Assembly (NCBI RefSeq): GCF_963921235.1
Contig: NC_086097.1
Location: 45,758,001-45,822,000 of the forward strand
Source: Mobula hypostoma
Lineage: Eukaryota
Length of the DNA: 64,000 nucleotides
Direction of reading: 5' to 3'
Positions 24,361-37,184 of this stretch are shown piece after piece. Within the stretch, counting starts at the first letter, position 1; every line of letters begins with the position of its first letter. The notes under the pieces are model-generated. The model was not told the origin of the DNA and did no database searches. It was given only the letters and a program-made list of their open reading frames with translations. The position numbers and the translations under genes are program-made.

Positions 24361-24899
24361 CCCATTGGTTGACATCGTTTCATGCAACCTAAAATATCAT
24401 GCGTCACCTACTCTTGACAAATCATCACATATTCTGTGATCAAGCGCTGTGTCTCTCTGGTAGTAGATTCCATTACAACCAGAGAGACACATGGGTTAAT
24501 AGCACAAAACATTTTTTTGTGCTATTAATCTATGAATATCTAGCTCTCTGTTTTTTTTTGAATTGCAGCCCTTCTCCTTGTATTTTAAATAGCACTGTGC
24601 TGAATGCATTATTCTAACCCAACAGTATGATTTAAATTCCAACGGGTTTTAAGGTTGTGACACATGACTCGATGGTTGGCCATGTAGGTGGGAATAGAGC
24701 AGTTGTGTGAGATTATTTTTTTGAAACTGGATGTAATTGTCCAGTGGAGTTCCCAAAGGCTACTGCTTCCCTCAACTATAGCAGTTATTTGGACAGATGT
24801 CGGGGTGCAATATACAAATATCACAAGACCTGGAGGCATAGGGAACTCTAGGGCAGCAATAGACTTCAAGGAGAAGTATTCGAGTGAGGGGGAAATTAA

Positions 24900-25620
24900 A
24901 ATATGTGCTAACTATTATACGTGAAAAGCCAGACTGAGCTAATAGGCACAATTTTTAACAGGGGTATAAGAACAGAGATCTGAAGGTATTTGTGCAAATG
25001 TCATTAGAGTGATAGTTTGTAGTTAGAAAACATATGGGATTCTGAACATTCATAGTGACATGAAATAAAAGAGCAAGGTAGTCATAAAATAAAATACTAA
25101 TTTAGTCACACTTGAATATTGTATTTTTTTTTGGAGACCACATTATGGGCAAAGTGAGTAAGCTTTGGAGAGGATGAAGGAAACATTAATTGAAAGAATT
25201 TCAGGGATGATGAACTCCCTTATGTGAAGATCTTGGGGCTGTTTCCCCTGTTGGAAACAATTGTGAAGGGATGTCATTGAGATATTTAAAATCATCTGAA
25301 CATAGACAGGGTTAGATAGAAAGAAAATGCTCTTATTGTTGGAAGAATAAAGAACCAAGGAACATAGAACAAAGATGATTGACAAAAGAACTACATGTGA
25401 TGTGAGGAAAACATTTTTTAATGCAGTAACTGCCTAGGGTCTTGAATGCACTACCAGGTTGGTAGTGGAGGCAAATTTAACTAGACTATTTAATTGGGAG
25501 CTGAAGGGAAAGAACTTGAAGGCTAAGAAGAGGGACTGGCAGAAAGAAACAAGCTGGGTTGCTTTTTCAAAGAGCCAATTAGCCCTCTATAGTGATTTAA
25601 CTATTCTGTGATCCTAAGTA
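24900..25620 (+). mobile_element. Old CR1 3' half
   Basis: CACTTGAATATTGT...; AAGCTTTGGAGAGG; TGAGGAAAACATTTTTTAATGCAG. Confidence 0.6.
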
Positions 25621-25834
25621 ATTAGCCCTTATTTTCAGAACTAGTATCATGAGCCTTCCTTTAAAAAAAGTACACACTCATTCTCTGCCCTTAGAGTCAT
25701 AGACGGATTCAAGAAGGGTAGCAAGGACAGCCAGGGAAGTACAGGCTGGTGAGCTTGATTTCACCTATAAGGAAGTTCTGAGGGAAATGATCTTCTACCA
25801 CTTGGATAGTTGACACCTGATCTCATGGACTCCT

Positions 25835-26100
25835 GCACACCAAGCCACCTTGTTGAAAACTGCCTAAGATCCCCCAAGGTCGTACGCATTGTCTGAATAA
25901 TATTATCTATCCATTGTAGCCTCTGTCGTCCTCTCCTTCTTTTACCTTTTTTTATCTAACATGAGAATCTTCTCCAAGGAATCCTGTCTTCTCATGATGT
26001 GGCCAAAATATTTGAGCTTTTGTCTCATAATCAAGCCTCCTAGTGAGCAGTCTGGTTGTATTTCTTCAAGTATTAACTTGTTGGATCATCTTGCTGTCTA
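25835..26100 (-). mobile_element. RTE (BovB-like) LINE 3' fragment
   Basis: Minus strand translates RQKLKYFGHIMRRQDSLEKILML and, after a frameshift, GKRRRGRQRLQWIDNI, matching the BovB-type C-terminus. Confidence 0.8.
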
Positions 26101-28730
26101 TACCCTCATGATTTTAAAGACCTATCAGGTCTCCTAAATTGTCTCTTACATTCCAAGAAATAAAGTCCTAGCTGTCCAAACTCCCCCTATAACTCAGGCC
26201 TTCAAGTCAAGCAACTCCTCATAAATCTTCTCGGCACTCTTTCCAGTTTCACAATATCTTTCCTTTAATAGGGTGACTAAACTGCACACAATCCTATAAG
26301 TTCAGTCATCACCAACATCTTGTACAACTGCAACATAATGGCCCAGCTCCTAAACATAATCTCTTGAGTAATGAAGCCTGCATGCCAAATACCTCCCTCA
26401 CCACCCTGTTTATCTGCATTGCTGCTTTCAACTAACTATGCATTCCTAGGTCCCTCTGTTCCACAACACTCCCCAAGAACCAACAATCTAAGTCCTACGC
26501 TTATGATAGAAATGCAACGCTACAGATTTGAATGCCTATGTCAATCCTCAATCCACTTACCTAGCTGATCAGGATCTCACTGTATTTTTATTAACTTTCT
26601 TCACTGTCTACAAAACCATCTGTTTTGGTATTCTCCGCAAACATGTTAAGTATGCCTTGTACACTCACGTCCAAGTCATTTTTATAAATAACAAACTACA
26701 AAGGTCCTAGCACTGACCCCTGTGGCATTCAGCCTGTGACAGGCTTCCAATCTGAGAAACAATCTTCAGCCATCATTTTTGGCTTTCTAACATTGTGCTA
26801 ATCATGAATCCAGTTTACTCTCTCTGCCTGGATCCTCTGTGATCTAACCTTCCAGATTAGCCTGCCGTGCAAGACCTTGTCCAGTTAGACAATATCTACT
26901 GCCCCTAACTTTATCTATCTTCTTGATTACCTTATCAAAAACTCTGAAAGATTTTTCAGTCACAATTTCTCACAAACAAAGCTGTGCTGACTATCCCTAA
27001 TTACACCTCAAACACGAGAAAATCTGCAGATGCTGGAAATCCAAGCAACATACCCAAAATGCTGGAGGAATTCAGCAGGCCAGGCAGTATCTACGGAAAA
27101 GAGTAAACTATCAATGTTTCAGGCCACGTCCCTTAATCGGTCCTGCATTTATTGTGTATTGCCTAAGTACATCTTGTCTATCCAAATGTTTGTTGATCCT
27201 GTCCTTCAGAATACCCTCCAGTAACTTATCCACCACTGATCTCAGACCCATTGGCATGGCTTTTCCTTGCTGATCTTCTCAAAGTACTGTGGCTAAAGAT
27301 AAAGCAAATAACTCTGCAAGGACCTCCCATAGTTTCTTCCCTAGTTTTCCACAAGGTCTAATATTTACCTAGTCAGGCCCTGGGAATTTACCACCTTAAT
27401 GCATTTTAAAGCCTCCAATACCTCCTCTTTGGTAATTTGTACGTGGACCATGGCATCATCACTCATTTCTTTCATGTCTTTAGCAAACATTATTTTCTCC
27501 ACAAAACAGATGTGAAATATTCATTAAAAATCTCAGCCTTCTATGACTCCTAACACAGAAGACAAAACTGATGTTTAAGGGGACCTATCTCTTCCTAGCC
27601 ACTCTTACTCTTAATATATCTAAGGAATCTCAGGAGACTTCCCTTAACTTTGCTTACCAAATCCATCTCGTACCCTCTCTTTGCCTTCCTGATTTCCTTC
27701 TTGTCTAACGAGTGAACAATTACTTGTAGACAATTGGCAAACCCAATGTATGCATCCTTCTTTTTCCTGACCAGGGCTTCAATATTTCCCATTAGGCTGT
27801 GTTCCTGAAACCTGCCAGCCTTGGTCTTCACAATCACAGGAACATATTGGCATTGAACTTTAAAAGCTTCCCCCTTGCTATTAGTTGCTTTATTAGCGAA
27901 CAGTCTCACTCATTCGACCTCCGCAAGGTACTGCCTAGTATCTCCAGAACTGGTCCTGCTCCAGTTTATGACTTTAGCCTGTGGATCCATTCTATTTTTC
28001 ACCATAATTATTTAAAAACTAATAGAATTATAGTCACTAGACACAAACTACCTCTTGCCTCTCACTTCAGTCACTTGCCCTACCTCATTCTCTAAGAGGA
28101 CATTCAGTGCCATGCCCTCTCTAGTACAGCCCTCAATATATTGAGTAAGGAATGTTCTTGGACAAATTCAACCCCATCCTTTCTTTGCAAAATCAGTGGC
28201 TCAATCACTACTAGGGAAGTTCACATCTCCACTGATAGAACTCTATTGTTCTTAAAACTATTCACAATCCCTGTGCACATCTGCTCCTCTAATTCCCACT
28301 GACTAATTGGAGCTTACAATACTGTCCCATCCAAGTAATAATCCCTTTCTACCCACACCGTCTCACTAGATGATCACACAAGTATATCCCCCTCCTCTCA
28401 TACCTGTACTCTGTCATGCCTGTAGCATCTGCATCCTGGAATATCAGGTGCTGCTCTTCTCTCAGTCATATATCTGTTATGGCTATGGTATACCCGTCCC
28501 CAGAGCCAATCCAGGCTCCAAGTTCATCTGTCTTACACATTGAGCATCTAGCATTGAAGTAAATACAGTTTAAACCAATGGTCTTTCCTCTCTCTTTCCT
28601 GTGCTCCTGGCTATTCTGACAACTAAACTGCCTCTCACTGGCGGCAGCATTTCCTTCCCCCAACCACACACTCCCCCAGCCTCTCTATTGCTGAGAGTCT
28701 CACCTTGCTGCCAATCAATTTTAAACCTGT
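26100..28730 (-). mobile_element. Degenerate CR1 ORF2, endonuclease through RT
   Basis: ORF 28466-28669 (LNCIYFNAR...DELGAWI), ORF 27595-27909 (KKEIRKAKRGYE...F.RYIKSK) and decayed RT motifs down to 26100. Confidence 0.85.
27010..27145 (-). repeat. Penelope-like 3' terminal fragment
   Basis: AAAATCTGCAGATGCTGGAAATCC...GCAGGCCAGGCAG..TCTA, the reverse complement of the 57900-58020 region. Confidence 0.85.
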
Positions 28731-28864
28731 TACTATCGCATCTCTTTCTTCCCTCTACCTCTAAAGTTCTTGCACAAATCAACTTATGACTTGTACTCCA
28801 CACTCTGATTAATTTTCCATACTCCACATGATGGGTAGTTTCTCCTGGTTCAATGATGTCATGC

Positions 28865-29520
28865 TCAAAGTTCAAAGTAAAATGTAAAATTTATTATCAG
28901 AGTACATACATACAACCCTGAGATTCCTTTCTCCTGTGGGCACACTCAGCAAGTCTGAGCAAGAATAGTAACTAAACAGGATGAATGAAAGAACAAGAGC
29001 ATAGAAGACAACAAACTGTTGAAATGCAATAAATACCAATAAATAATGAGAAAATGAAATAACAGGATAACAAGTCCTTAAAGTGAGATCATTGGTGTGG
29101 AAACATCTCAATAGATGAGTGTAATTATCCTCTTTTGTTCAAGAGGATGAGAGGTAGTAACTGTTTTTGAACCTAGTGGTGTGAATCCTGAGGCATTTGT
29201 ACTTTCTAACTGATGGCAGCAGCGAGAAAAGAGCCTGGCCTGGGTGGTGAGGATCTTTGATGATGGATGCTGCTTTCCTATGACAGCATTTCACGTAGAC
29301 GTGCTCAGTGGTTGGGAGGGCTTTACCCATGATGTACTGGGCCGAATCCACTACCTTTTGTAGGATTTTCTGTTCAAGGGCATTGATGTTCCCATACCAG
29401 GCCAAATTCAGCCAGTGAACACACTTTCCACTACACAGCTGTAGATGTTTGTCACGGTTTTTGAAGTCATACAAACTCATAAGGAAGTAGGGGCACTGTT
29501 GTGCTTTCCTTGCAATGAGA
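28865..29520 (-). mobile_element. Rex1/Babar LINE 3' fragment
   Basis: ORF 29139-29555 (LQKVVDSAQYI...IIKDPHHPG...RFKNSY); tail (TCAAAGT)n. Confidence 0.85.
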
Positions 29521-29721
29521 TTTATAGGATGGTGATGGATGGTGAGAAGTACCAAGCATACTAGAAAAACAACAAGCTGCTAACTAAGTGAAACTATAAC
29601 ACGTGCTACACTGCTAAAAACAGCAAACACAAGTGACCTCCCAGCCAATGGTCCAATCAGACACCAGGTTTTCAATAATAGACAGTTAAAGAGCTAATGA
29701 GTGGAGGATGCTCCTTGGTAT

Positions 29722-29752
29722 CTCCTCATCCTCATCCTCATCCTCATCCTCA
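29722..29752. repeat. (CTCATC)n microsatellite
   Basis: About four to five tandem CTCATC units visible directly. Confidence 0.9.
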
Positions 29753-30304
29753 GCCATGGCAGTACTCATTATCAGGGTACTAAAGAAAAGGCTGATGGTT
29801 CAAGCAGATGTGTGAATAGATGATCACTTCAGCTTCTTCTTGAACACCTCAGCCAATTTAACCCATTCCACAGGGTGTTAAGAAAGGCACTGAAAACAGC
29901 AAAGGTACTGACAGGGACCAGACAGCATCCAAGTTGTTGTACAGGAACTCTGCTGTCCAGAAATAGCTGCGGATCAAATAAAACTATTCTGGTACAGTGG
30001 CATCTACCTGTTTTTTTTAAAATTGTCCATTTCCTGTTCACAAAAGGTGGGATAAATCCATTCCATATGACTATCATCCAGTCTGCCCACTCTCAATTGT
30101 GTTCAACATGATGGAAGGAGTCATTGACAGTTCAGGTTCAAGGTTAATTATCAATCAACCCCACATGATCATAAAAAAAAACATTTAAAAAGGACAAAAG
30201 CACCTTTGGTTGGCCCCTGAGAGGCTGCTGTGCCCAAACACGCAGCCATCTTACTGAAAGTCTGACAATGCTGTCAAATGGCACTAACCCACTTACTAAC
30301 TCAC

Positions 30305-30810
30305 AATCTGCCTCCTATTGCCAACTTGTCACCACCTCTGATTCGACCAACAAACTTAAATATGGCACTGGAGCTGTACTTAGCCACACAATCATATGTG
30401 TAAAGTGAGTAGAACAGGGGGCTAAGCACACGGCCCTGTGATGCACCTGTGCTGGTGAAGATTGAGGAGGAGTTGCTGTTGCCAATCTATACTAACTGGG
30501 TTCTGCAAGTGAGGAAATAGAGGATCCAATTGCACAGGGAAGTATTCGGCCCAGGTCTTGGAACTTAGTGATGAGTTTTGAAGGAATGAAAATGTTAAAT
30601 GCCAAGCTGTCGTCAATGAAGAACATCCTGACGTACTTATCTTCAGTGTCCAGGTGTTCCAGAGCTGAGCGAAGGACCAATGAAATGGCATCTGCTGCTG
30701 ACCGGTTAGGTTGGTAGGCAAATTGGACCAGATCCAGATTGCTCCTCAGGGAAGAGTTCATATGCTCCATGACCAACTTCTCGAAGTACTTCATCACGGT
30801 GGATGTACAT
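30305..30810 (-). mobile_element. Rex1/Babar RT fragment
   Basis: ORF 30492-30797 (KYFEKLV...QFAYQPNRS..DAI). Confidence 0.85.
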
Positions 30811-30825
30811 TCATTCAGTGGTTAT

Positions 30826-31760
30826 AGATAGATAGATAAACTTTATTGATCCCAAGGGAAATTGGGTTTTGTTACAGCTGCACCAACCAAGAATAGAGCA
30901 TAAATATAGCAATACAAAAACCACAAACAATCAAACAACAATATGTAAACTATGCCAGATGGAAATAAGTCCAGGACCAGCCTTTTGGCTCAGGGTGTCT
31001 GACCCTCCACGGGAGGAGCTGCAAAGTTCGATGGCCACAGGCAGGAATGACCTCCCATGCCGCCCAGTGTTGAATCTCGATGGAATGTGGCCGAAGTCCA
31101 ACAGTAAAAAGTTCAATATCCAGTCTACAAACATGTTCCTCGATTGTAATATGACCCAGATTGCACCATCTGTTGTTAACCAGAACAGTAAGCACCCAAC
31201 TCCTTTACGCTTACCGCTCTCAGTGCACTTCCATTCAGCCGGAATGGTCTGGAAGTCATCCATGGAGAAGTTTTGATCGGGTATGTCCTTGTGCAGCTTC
31301 GTTTCAGTGAAACACATAACACTGCACTCCCAAAATGTTCTCTGACTCCTGGCTAGTGCCGTGAACTCGTCCATTTTATTACCCACCAAACTCCTCTTCT
31401 CCATAAGTCTCTGTTGTCTTGACCCGGTCCTCTTTCCTCCCCTTCTGCATCCTCTGTGTGTTTTCCTCCAGATTTCAGCAGGGGTGTCCGCTGCTCTGCT
31501 CGTTAAACCAGCCGGCATTAGCGCAAGCAGCTGGTCCCTGGAATGAACAATGCAACTATACTTCTGTCCCGCGTGTCGGGATGTAACTATTTCCAGCGCT
31601 AAAAACCCAAATAAAACTCTCTCTACCAGCATGTTAGAGAGGTGCAGCTTCGATGTGTTACCGTGAGAAAAAAAATACAAAAAATAACGTAAGTTAAAAA
31701 GTAAGAATCCGATCGGAACGGCTGTAACAGGCTGCATGCATAACCGGTATATTCCATCCA
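30826..31760 (-). mobile_element. Internally deleted Rex1/Babar element (5' end and endonuclease start fused to the 3' tail)
   Basis: ORF 30931-31770 contains NKMDE...VMCFTET.LH...SGKRKG.G (endonuclease N-terminus) and then IPSRFNTGRHGRSFLPVAI (RT C-terminal end); tail (ATAG)n at 30826-30838. Confidence 0.85.
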
Positions 31761-31769
31761 CCACTGGCA

Positions 31770-31980
31770 TGAAGTTAAGTGTCTCCAGAGAGGAGGAAGA
31801 ATTTCTTTAGCTAAAGAGTGTTGCCACAGAGCTTGATGGGTTCTTGATTAGTCAGGGTGTCAAAGGTTATGGGGCGAAAGCAGGAGAATGGGGTTGAGAA
31901 GGAAAATGGATCAGCCATGATGAAATGGTGTAGCACACTTGCTGGGCTGAATGGCCTAATTTTTTCCCTATGTCTTATAG
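31770..31980 (+). repeat. CR1 3' end
   Basis: GTCAAAGGTTATGGGG.GAAAGCAGGAGAATGGGG...GGCTGAATGGCCTAA...CCTATGTCTTAT. Confidence 0.8.
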
Positions 31981-32479
31981 TGTAGCATTTGGAATTTCAA
32001 TCATTTACTTTCCACCGTTCGCTGGCAGCATCTCCTAAGCCCACAATTGTAACCCTAAGAAAACAAGTGCAGCAGGTGCATGGAACACCACCACTGGCAG
32101 GTTCCCCCTAATCACACACCCATCCTGACTTGGAAATACATTGCTGATTCTTTATTGTCGCTGGGTCTAATTACTAGAAGTCCCTAACCAACAGCAGGTA
32201 TGCATCTTTTCAAGACAACTGTTATGAATGGTTAGTAAACTCTGGCTATGCCAGAATCATCCCAATCCCAGAAAATGATTAAGTCTAAATAAATTCAATA
32301 GCCTTTTCCCTATATCATACCCATCTCCAGATTTTGTTGCCCCTTGCATCTACCTCACTGATATACGTTGTCTTACAATTCCCAAACCTTTAAAAGATAG
32401 CATTTATTTATTTCTATTCAAAGCCCTTCATTGTCTCTTCTCTGTGCCTCAATTTCTATTTTTGAAATGATTAATAACA

Positions 32480-33575
32480 GAAAACAGGAACAATAGCAGA
32501 CCATTCAGTGCTACTGTTCAACTGAGACTAATTCTCTATTTCAGTTACATATTCCCACCCTTTCCCATTATCTATTGACTGATTTTGTGCTTCAAAATGT
32601 ATTTGTTTATCTTAAATATTTTCAGTGACTTGGCCTCCAAGCCCTTCCATGGTAGGGAGCTCCACGAGTTTTCCATCTGAGTGAAGCATCTCAGCCTGAA
32701 ACTGTTTTCCCCATAACCTGAGACTGTGACCACCCTCCAGATTCCTCAACCAGAAGAAACTTTCCTCCTCTATCCAATTCAGGTAGCCTTGAAAAATGTT
32801 GTACTTTTCATTGAGATATCCCCTCATTCTTTTCCCCATCATCCTTTAATCTTTCTATCTCTAAATCAATGTGGTGAATTTTAAATGTGCACCCTCTGAC
32901 AAATATATCCTTTTGTAGAAAAGGAGGCCAAAGCAGAACACAGATGAGCTTTCACTGTGGTTCTTTCAATTGTAGGAAGACATTTTGCTCCAATACTCAA
33001 AATCTCTTGCAGTGAAGTCAATTTACCATCTACCTTAACTACTTGCTATGCCTGCAGCTTTGCTCTATGATTGGTATACAAGAACACACATCAGCATTTC
33101 CCAATTTATCACCATTTAAATTAAAGTTTCTTTTTCGGTTCCTAAGGAGGTGGAAGGATATTTATCCACACTGTATTATATGTGCCATTTACTTATCCAC
33201 TCATTCAGCTTGTCTAAGCTACTTTGTCACCTCTTTGTATCCTCTTCACAACTCATAATCCCAAATTTTTTTGAATTTGACAGATTTAGAAAAATGTAAT
33301 TTAGTTCCCTGATTGAAATCATTAATACACATTGTGTATAGCTGAAGTCCAAACACAGCTCCCTGCATTACCCCACATGACCCATTTATTCCTACTTTCT
33401 GTTTCCTGCCTGTAAACCCATTTACAATGTATGACAGTGTATTATCCACAATCTCTTGTGCTTTAATGTTGCCCTTAATGTGAAACTTAATCAATGCCTT
33501 CTGAAAATACAAATACACCACATCCACTGTTCCCCCATCAATCCTACAATTTACATCCTCAGAAATTTCCATTGG
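32480..33575 (-). mobile_element. Old CR1 RT-to-3' fragment
   Basis: ORFs 33246-33572 (VDVVYL.FQKA) and 32612-32842. Confidence 0.75.
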
Positions 33576-34508
33576 TTTTGAGAAGTCTCAGCCCAGAACA
33601 CTGACTATCCATTTTCCTCCATAGATGCCATCTGACCTTCCAACTTTTTTGTGTGTTCCCCTGTAAATGCCAATTATGCTTTCAGAAATTTTGATCTTAT
33701 ACATGGAAAACCCTTCCTGAATCCTCTATGTGTCCACCTCTGTGTGCTTTAAGCTACATCTTAAAGCCTAGCTTTTGAGATCACTCCTCCTAATATCATC
33801 TGCTTCATTTAATTTCCATTTTTTTCTGATTACATTTCAATGAGGTTCCAAGGTCTATTTTCCAATGTATTCTATCTTATTCAGTTTGGATCTGTCATGG
33901 ACTCCTGGTGCTTCCCACACTAACTATTCATCTGGAAAAAATTCACGAGATACCCAACTGTCATGAGTTCTGCAGCTTGCTGTAGAGCACTGGGCTTCAA
34001 GGTTTCTCGATGTTAGAGTCATTAAGCCCAGGTGCTTTTGGTTTTATCTTGTCAAGTTAATAGTGACCAGCACATGTTTCCTGCATTCTATGATTATTTA
34101 AAGAGGACTCTCAGTGTGTTCTGTAAGTGGATTCCACTGAGTTTGTGGAGAATGATTGTCTCATGATGCTGCTCAGTCATGCCTTTGATGCTCTGTTTGC
34201 ATTCCTATGTCTAAATACTTGTTTCTGTGTCTTTATGGGGAGTGTGCCATTCCTCTGCGCCTGGGCCGAGTTGTTGTCAGTGCTTACCATGACTGAGGCT
34301 GCCGTCCACCGGACCTGGGTTGAGTCAGTGCCAGCAACCACTGTGACAGAGAGAGTCTGCTGTTACATCACACTTGGGTCCAATCCTGCGAGCATGCAAC
34401 TGTGACACTGTACAAGGTATCTCATGGTAACCTTTAGCATTAGCTTCAATTGATCTCCACCAGTGTAGACACTTTAGACAATATAATGATTGGAGAACTC
34501 CTAACTTT

Positions 34509-35147
34509 TAGATTATGAAGACAAGCAGTCCTCTTTTATTGTCATTTAGTAATGCATGCATTAAGAAATGATACAATATTCTGCCGGTGTGATATCACAA
34601 AAACACAGGACAGACCAAGACTGAAAAATGAACAAAAAACCATAATTATAACATATAGTTACAACAGTGTAACAATACCATAACTTGATGAAGAAATGAA
34701 GAACAGTCCATGGCACGGTAAAAAAAGTTCAAAGTTTCTTGAAAGTCCCACATCTCACACAGACGGGAGAAGGAAGTAAACTCTCCCTGCCATGCCCGAC
34801 CACAGTCCGACTCTGAGTCGTCCGAAAACTTCGAGCTCTGATCAGCCCTCCGACACCGAGTACCGAGTACCGAGCGCCATCTCTATCCGAACGTTTCAAC
34901 CTCAGCCTCGGTCGCCAGCAACAGGCAAAGCCGGGGATTTTAGGGCCTACCCGCTGGACGTTCTCGATCGCACAGTAACAACAGTGGTGAATCAGGCATT
35001 TCAGAAATTTCTCCAGATGTTCCTCTGCTTCTCACGTTTGTCTTCATCAAATCAGAATTGTCCACGGCCCCTATTTAACAGATACAATATCATTTCACCG
35101 GAGAGCTGCGCACGCTGTGTCGTGCTGCCATCCTCTCCTCCCGCCGA
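34509..35147 (-). mobile_element. ~640-bp SINE-like element, copy 2 (longest 5' end)
   Basis: Collinear with 5062-6632 and 46074-46673; minus-strand 5' end GGCGGGAGGAGAGGATGGC; 3' end GACAATAAAAGAGGAC...CATAATC. Confidence 0.9.
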
Positions 35148-35359
35148 ATATGTGGCCTTTTCACCAAACTCCTGCTGAAATCATGGATGGAGAGCGCCAG
35201 AAGATTGCAAATCTTCTGTCCTCTTAACTACAAATACAATAAACACTTTGCTTCAGTGAAATCATGAATTAATGTTTATTTATTGGGTGGATGACTACTA
35301 TATGATTAAGGATCCACTAGAGCACCAGTCTTTCAGGATTAACATGAGAAAATATTTCT

Positions 35360-36110
35360 TCATTTGAATTTGAAGTTGAAGTTCAAGTTTGTCAGCTGAC
35401 TGTATATAACATTGTGACTCAGGTTGCTGTTCCCACACCATTTCACAAGTCTTTCTATCCCTGGTCTGTGTGCTGACTCATCATTGCCATTGCTCAGACC
35501 AACCACTATCATCAGTGAACTTGAGTTGAGTACAGTACAGTCATGAGTCAGCAGCATGAAAAGCAGCAGGCTGAGTGCACGACCCTGGTGGAGGGTGGGG
35601 GACACCAGTTCTCAGCGTCATGCAGCTTGAGATGTCTCTGCTAACTCAGACTGACTGGGATCTTTCCATCAAGGAGTCAAAGATCCAGATACAGAGGGGG
35701 GTGCTGGTCACAACAAGTATCATTTGCCCACTAGCCTCTGAGGGATGAATGTGTTAAATGCTGAGCTGAAGTTGATGAACAACATCCCGGCGTATGAGGC
35801 ATTGATTTCTAGGTGGGACAGGACAAAGTGGAGATCCGAGGACCATTTGAGAGGTAGGCAAACTGGGAAGGACCCAATGTAGCTGGAAGGTGGGATTTTT
35901 ACAATCCATTACCAGCGGCTAAAAGCACTTCATGATTGTTGAGGTGTGTGCCACTGGGCAGTAATCATTTAGACAAGTTACCATCACTCTCGTGGGCACA
36001 GGAATGGTGGCTGCCTCGAAGCCTATAGGGACAGTGAACTGCTGCATAGAGATATTAAAGCTGTTCATTAAGGCATGTGGTCTGAGTATCTGAGGTGAGG
36101 GCGAGGGACA
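35360..36110 (-). mobile_element. Old Rex1/Babar RT fragment
   Basis: ORFs 35919-36161 (TCLNDYCPVA.TS.IMKCF) and 35360-35605 (LSLLLF.LLTHDC). Confidence 0.75.
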
Positions 36111-36153
36111 GCCCTGTAGTCTCCACGAACATTGGTATAGACCAGATCTAGTA

Positions 36154-36366
36154 TAAGGCACACAAAATGCTGGAGGAACTCAGCAGGTCAGGCAGCATCT
36201 ATGGAAAAAAAGTACAGTCAACGTTTTGGGCCGAGTCTTGGGTCTCAGCCCAAAACATCGACTATACTTTTTTTTTCCCATAGATGCTGCCTGGCCTGCT
36301 GACTTCCTCCAGCATTTCATGTGTGTTGCTTTGATTTCCAGCATCTGCAGATTTTCTCCTGTTTTT
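36154..36366. mobile_element. Penelope-derived fold-back mini-element
   Basis: Inverted arms 36159-36235 and 36243-36325; decayed direct flanks GACCAGATCTAGTA (36140-36153) and GACCAAGTCTAATA (36367-36380). Confidence 0.88.
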
Positions 36367-37184
36367 GACCAAGTCTAATACATTCTCTCTCTGCTTGCAA
36401 GGTTAACATGCTGGTAGAACTGTGGCAGAACTATTATTAAGTTGGTATGATTGAAGTCACCAGCAATATTTAAAGGGAAGAGGGCTCTGGACACACAGAA
36501 TATATTGAACAAAGGTTGATAGATTTCTAGCTATTTAGAGAATTGAGGGATTTAGAGTTACTGCAAAAAAAAGTGGAACTATGGTAAAATATCAGCCACA
36601 CTCTCACTAAAAATCTGAGGAAGGGCTGCTCCTGCTTCTAGTTCTTATTCCCATATATTGGTGATACCTCACCAAAATGAGAATACACATTTGCAATTTT
36701 CATGAACAATGGAAGTTCAAAACCAAAGATGTACTTTTGAAAATGGTAATGTAAGAAAAGATGGCAGCTAAGCATTCTTTATGGTTTTGCTTGAGGAATA
36801 ATCTTCTTAGGTAGTGCCTTAGATCAAGGATGACTTGCTTCCACTTCAGCTGTGTCAGTTTTTGAAATGGCTGATGAGACCAATCTGAAATTCAAAGGAA
36901 CTGCCGCTCAGGGCTGGCAAGCAGTGCACCAGACCCTCCCAAATACCCCTTCTCCAGTTTGACTCATCATGGCCCATGGATTGCCATGAATTGGTGGGGG
37001 AGTTGCATTGTTTTCTAGAGAGCTTTGAGAACATCTTTGAATTATTTCCTCTGACCTGCTGGCAGTATCTTATGACAGAACTCAGAATAAAATTATGGAT
37101 GGATAACTGCTTGCCTGCTCTCCATCCCCTCTCATTATAACTCCTTGCAAATCCTCTGGGCTTTTCCCCCTTTCCCCCTTTCCC

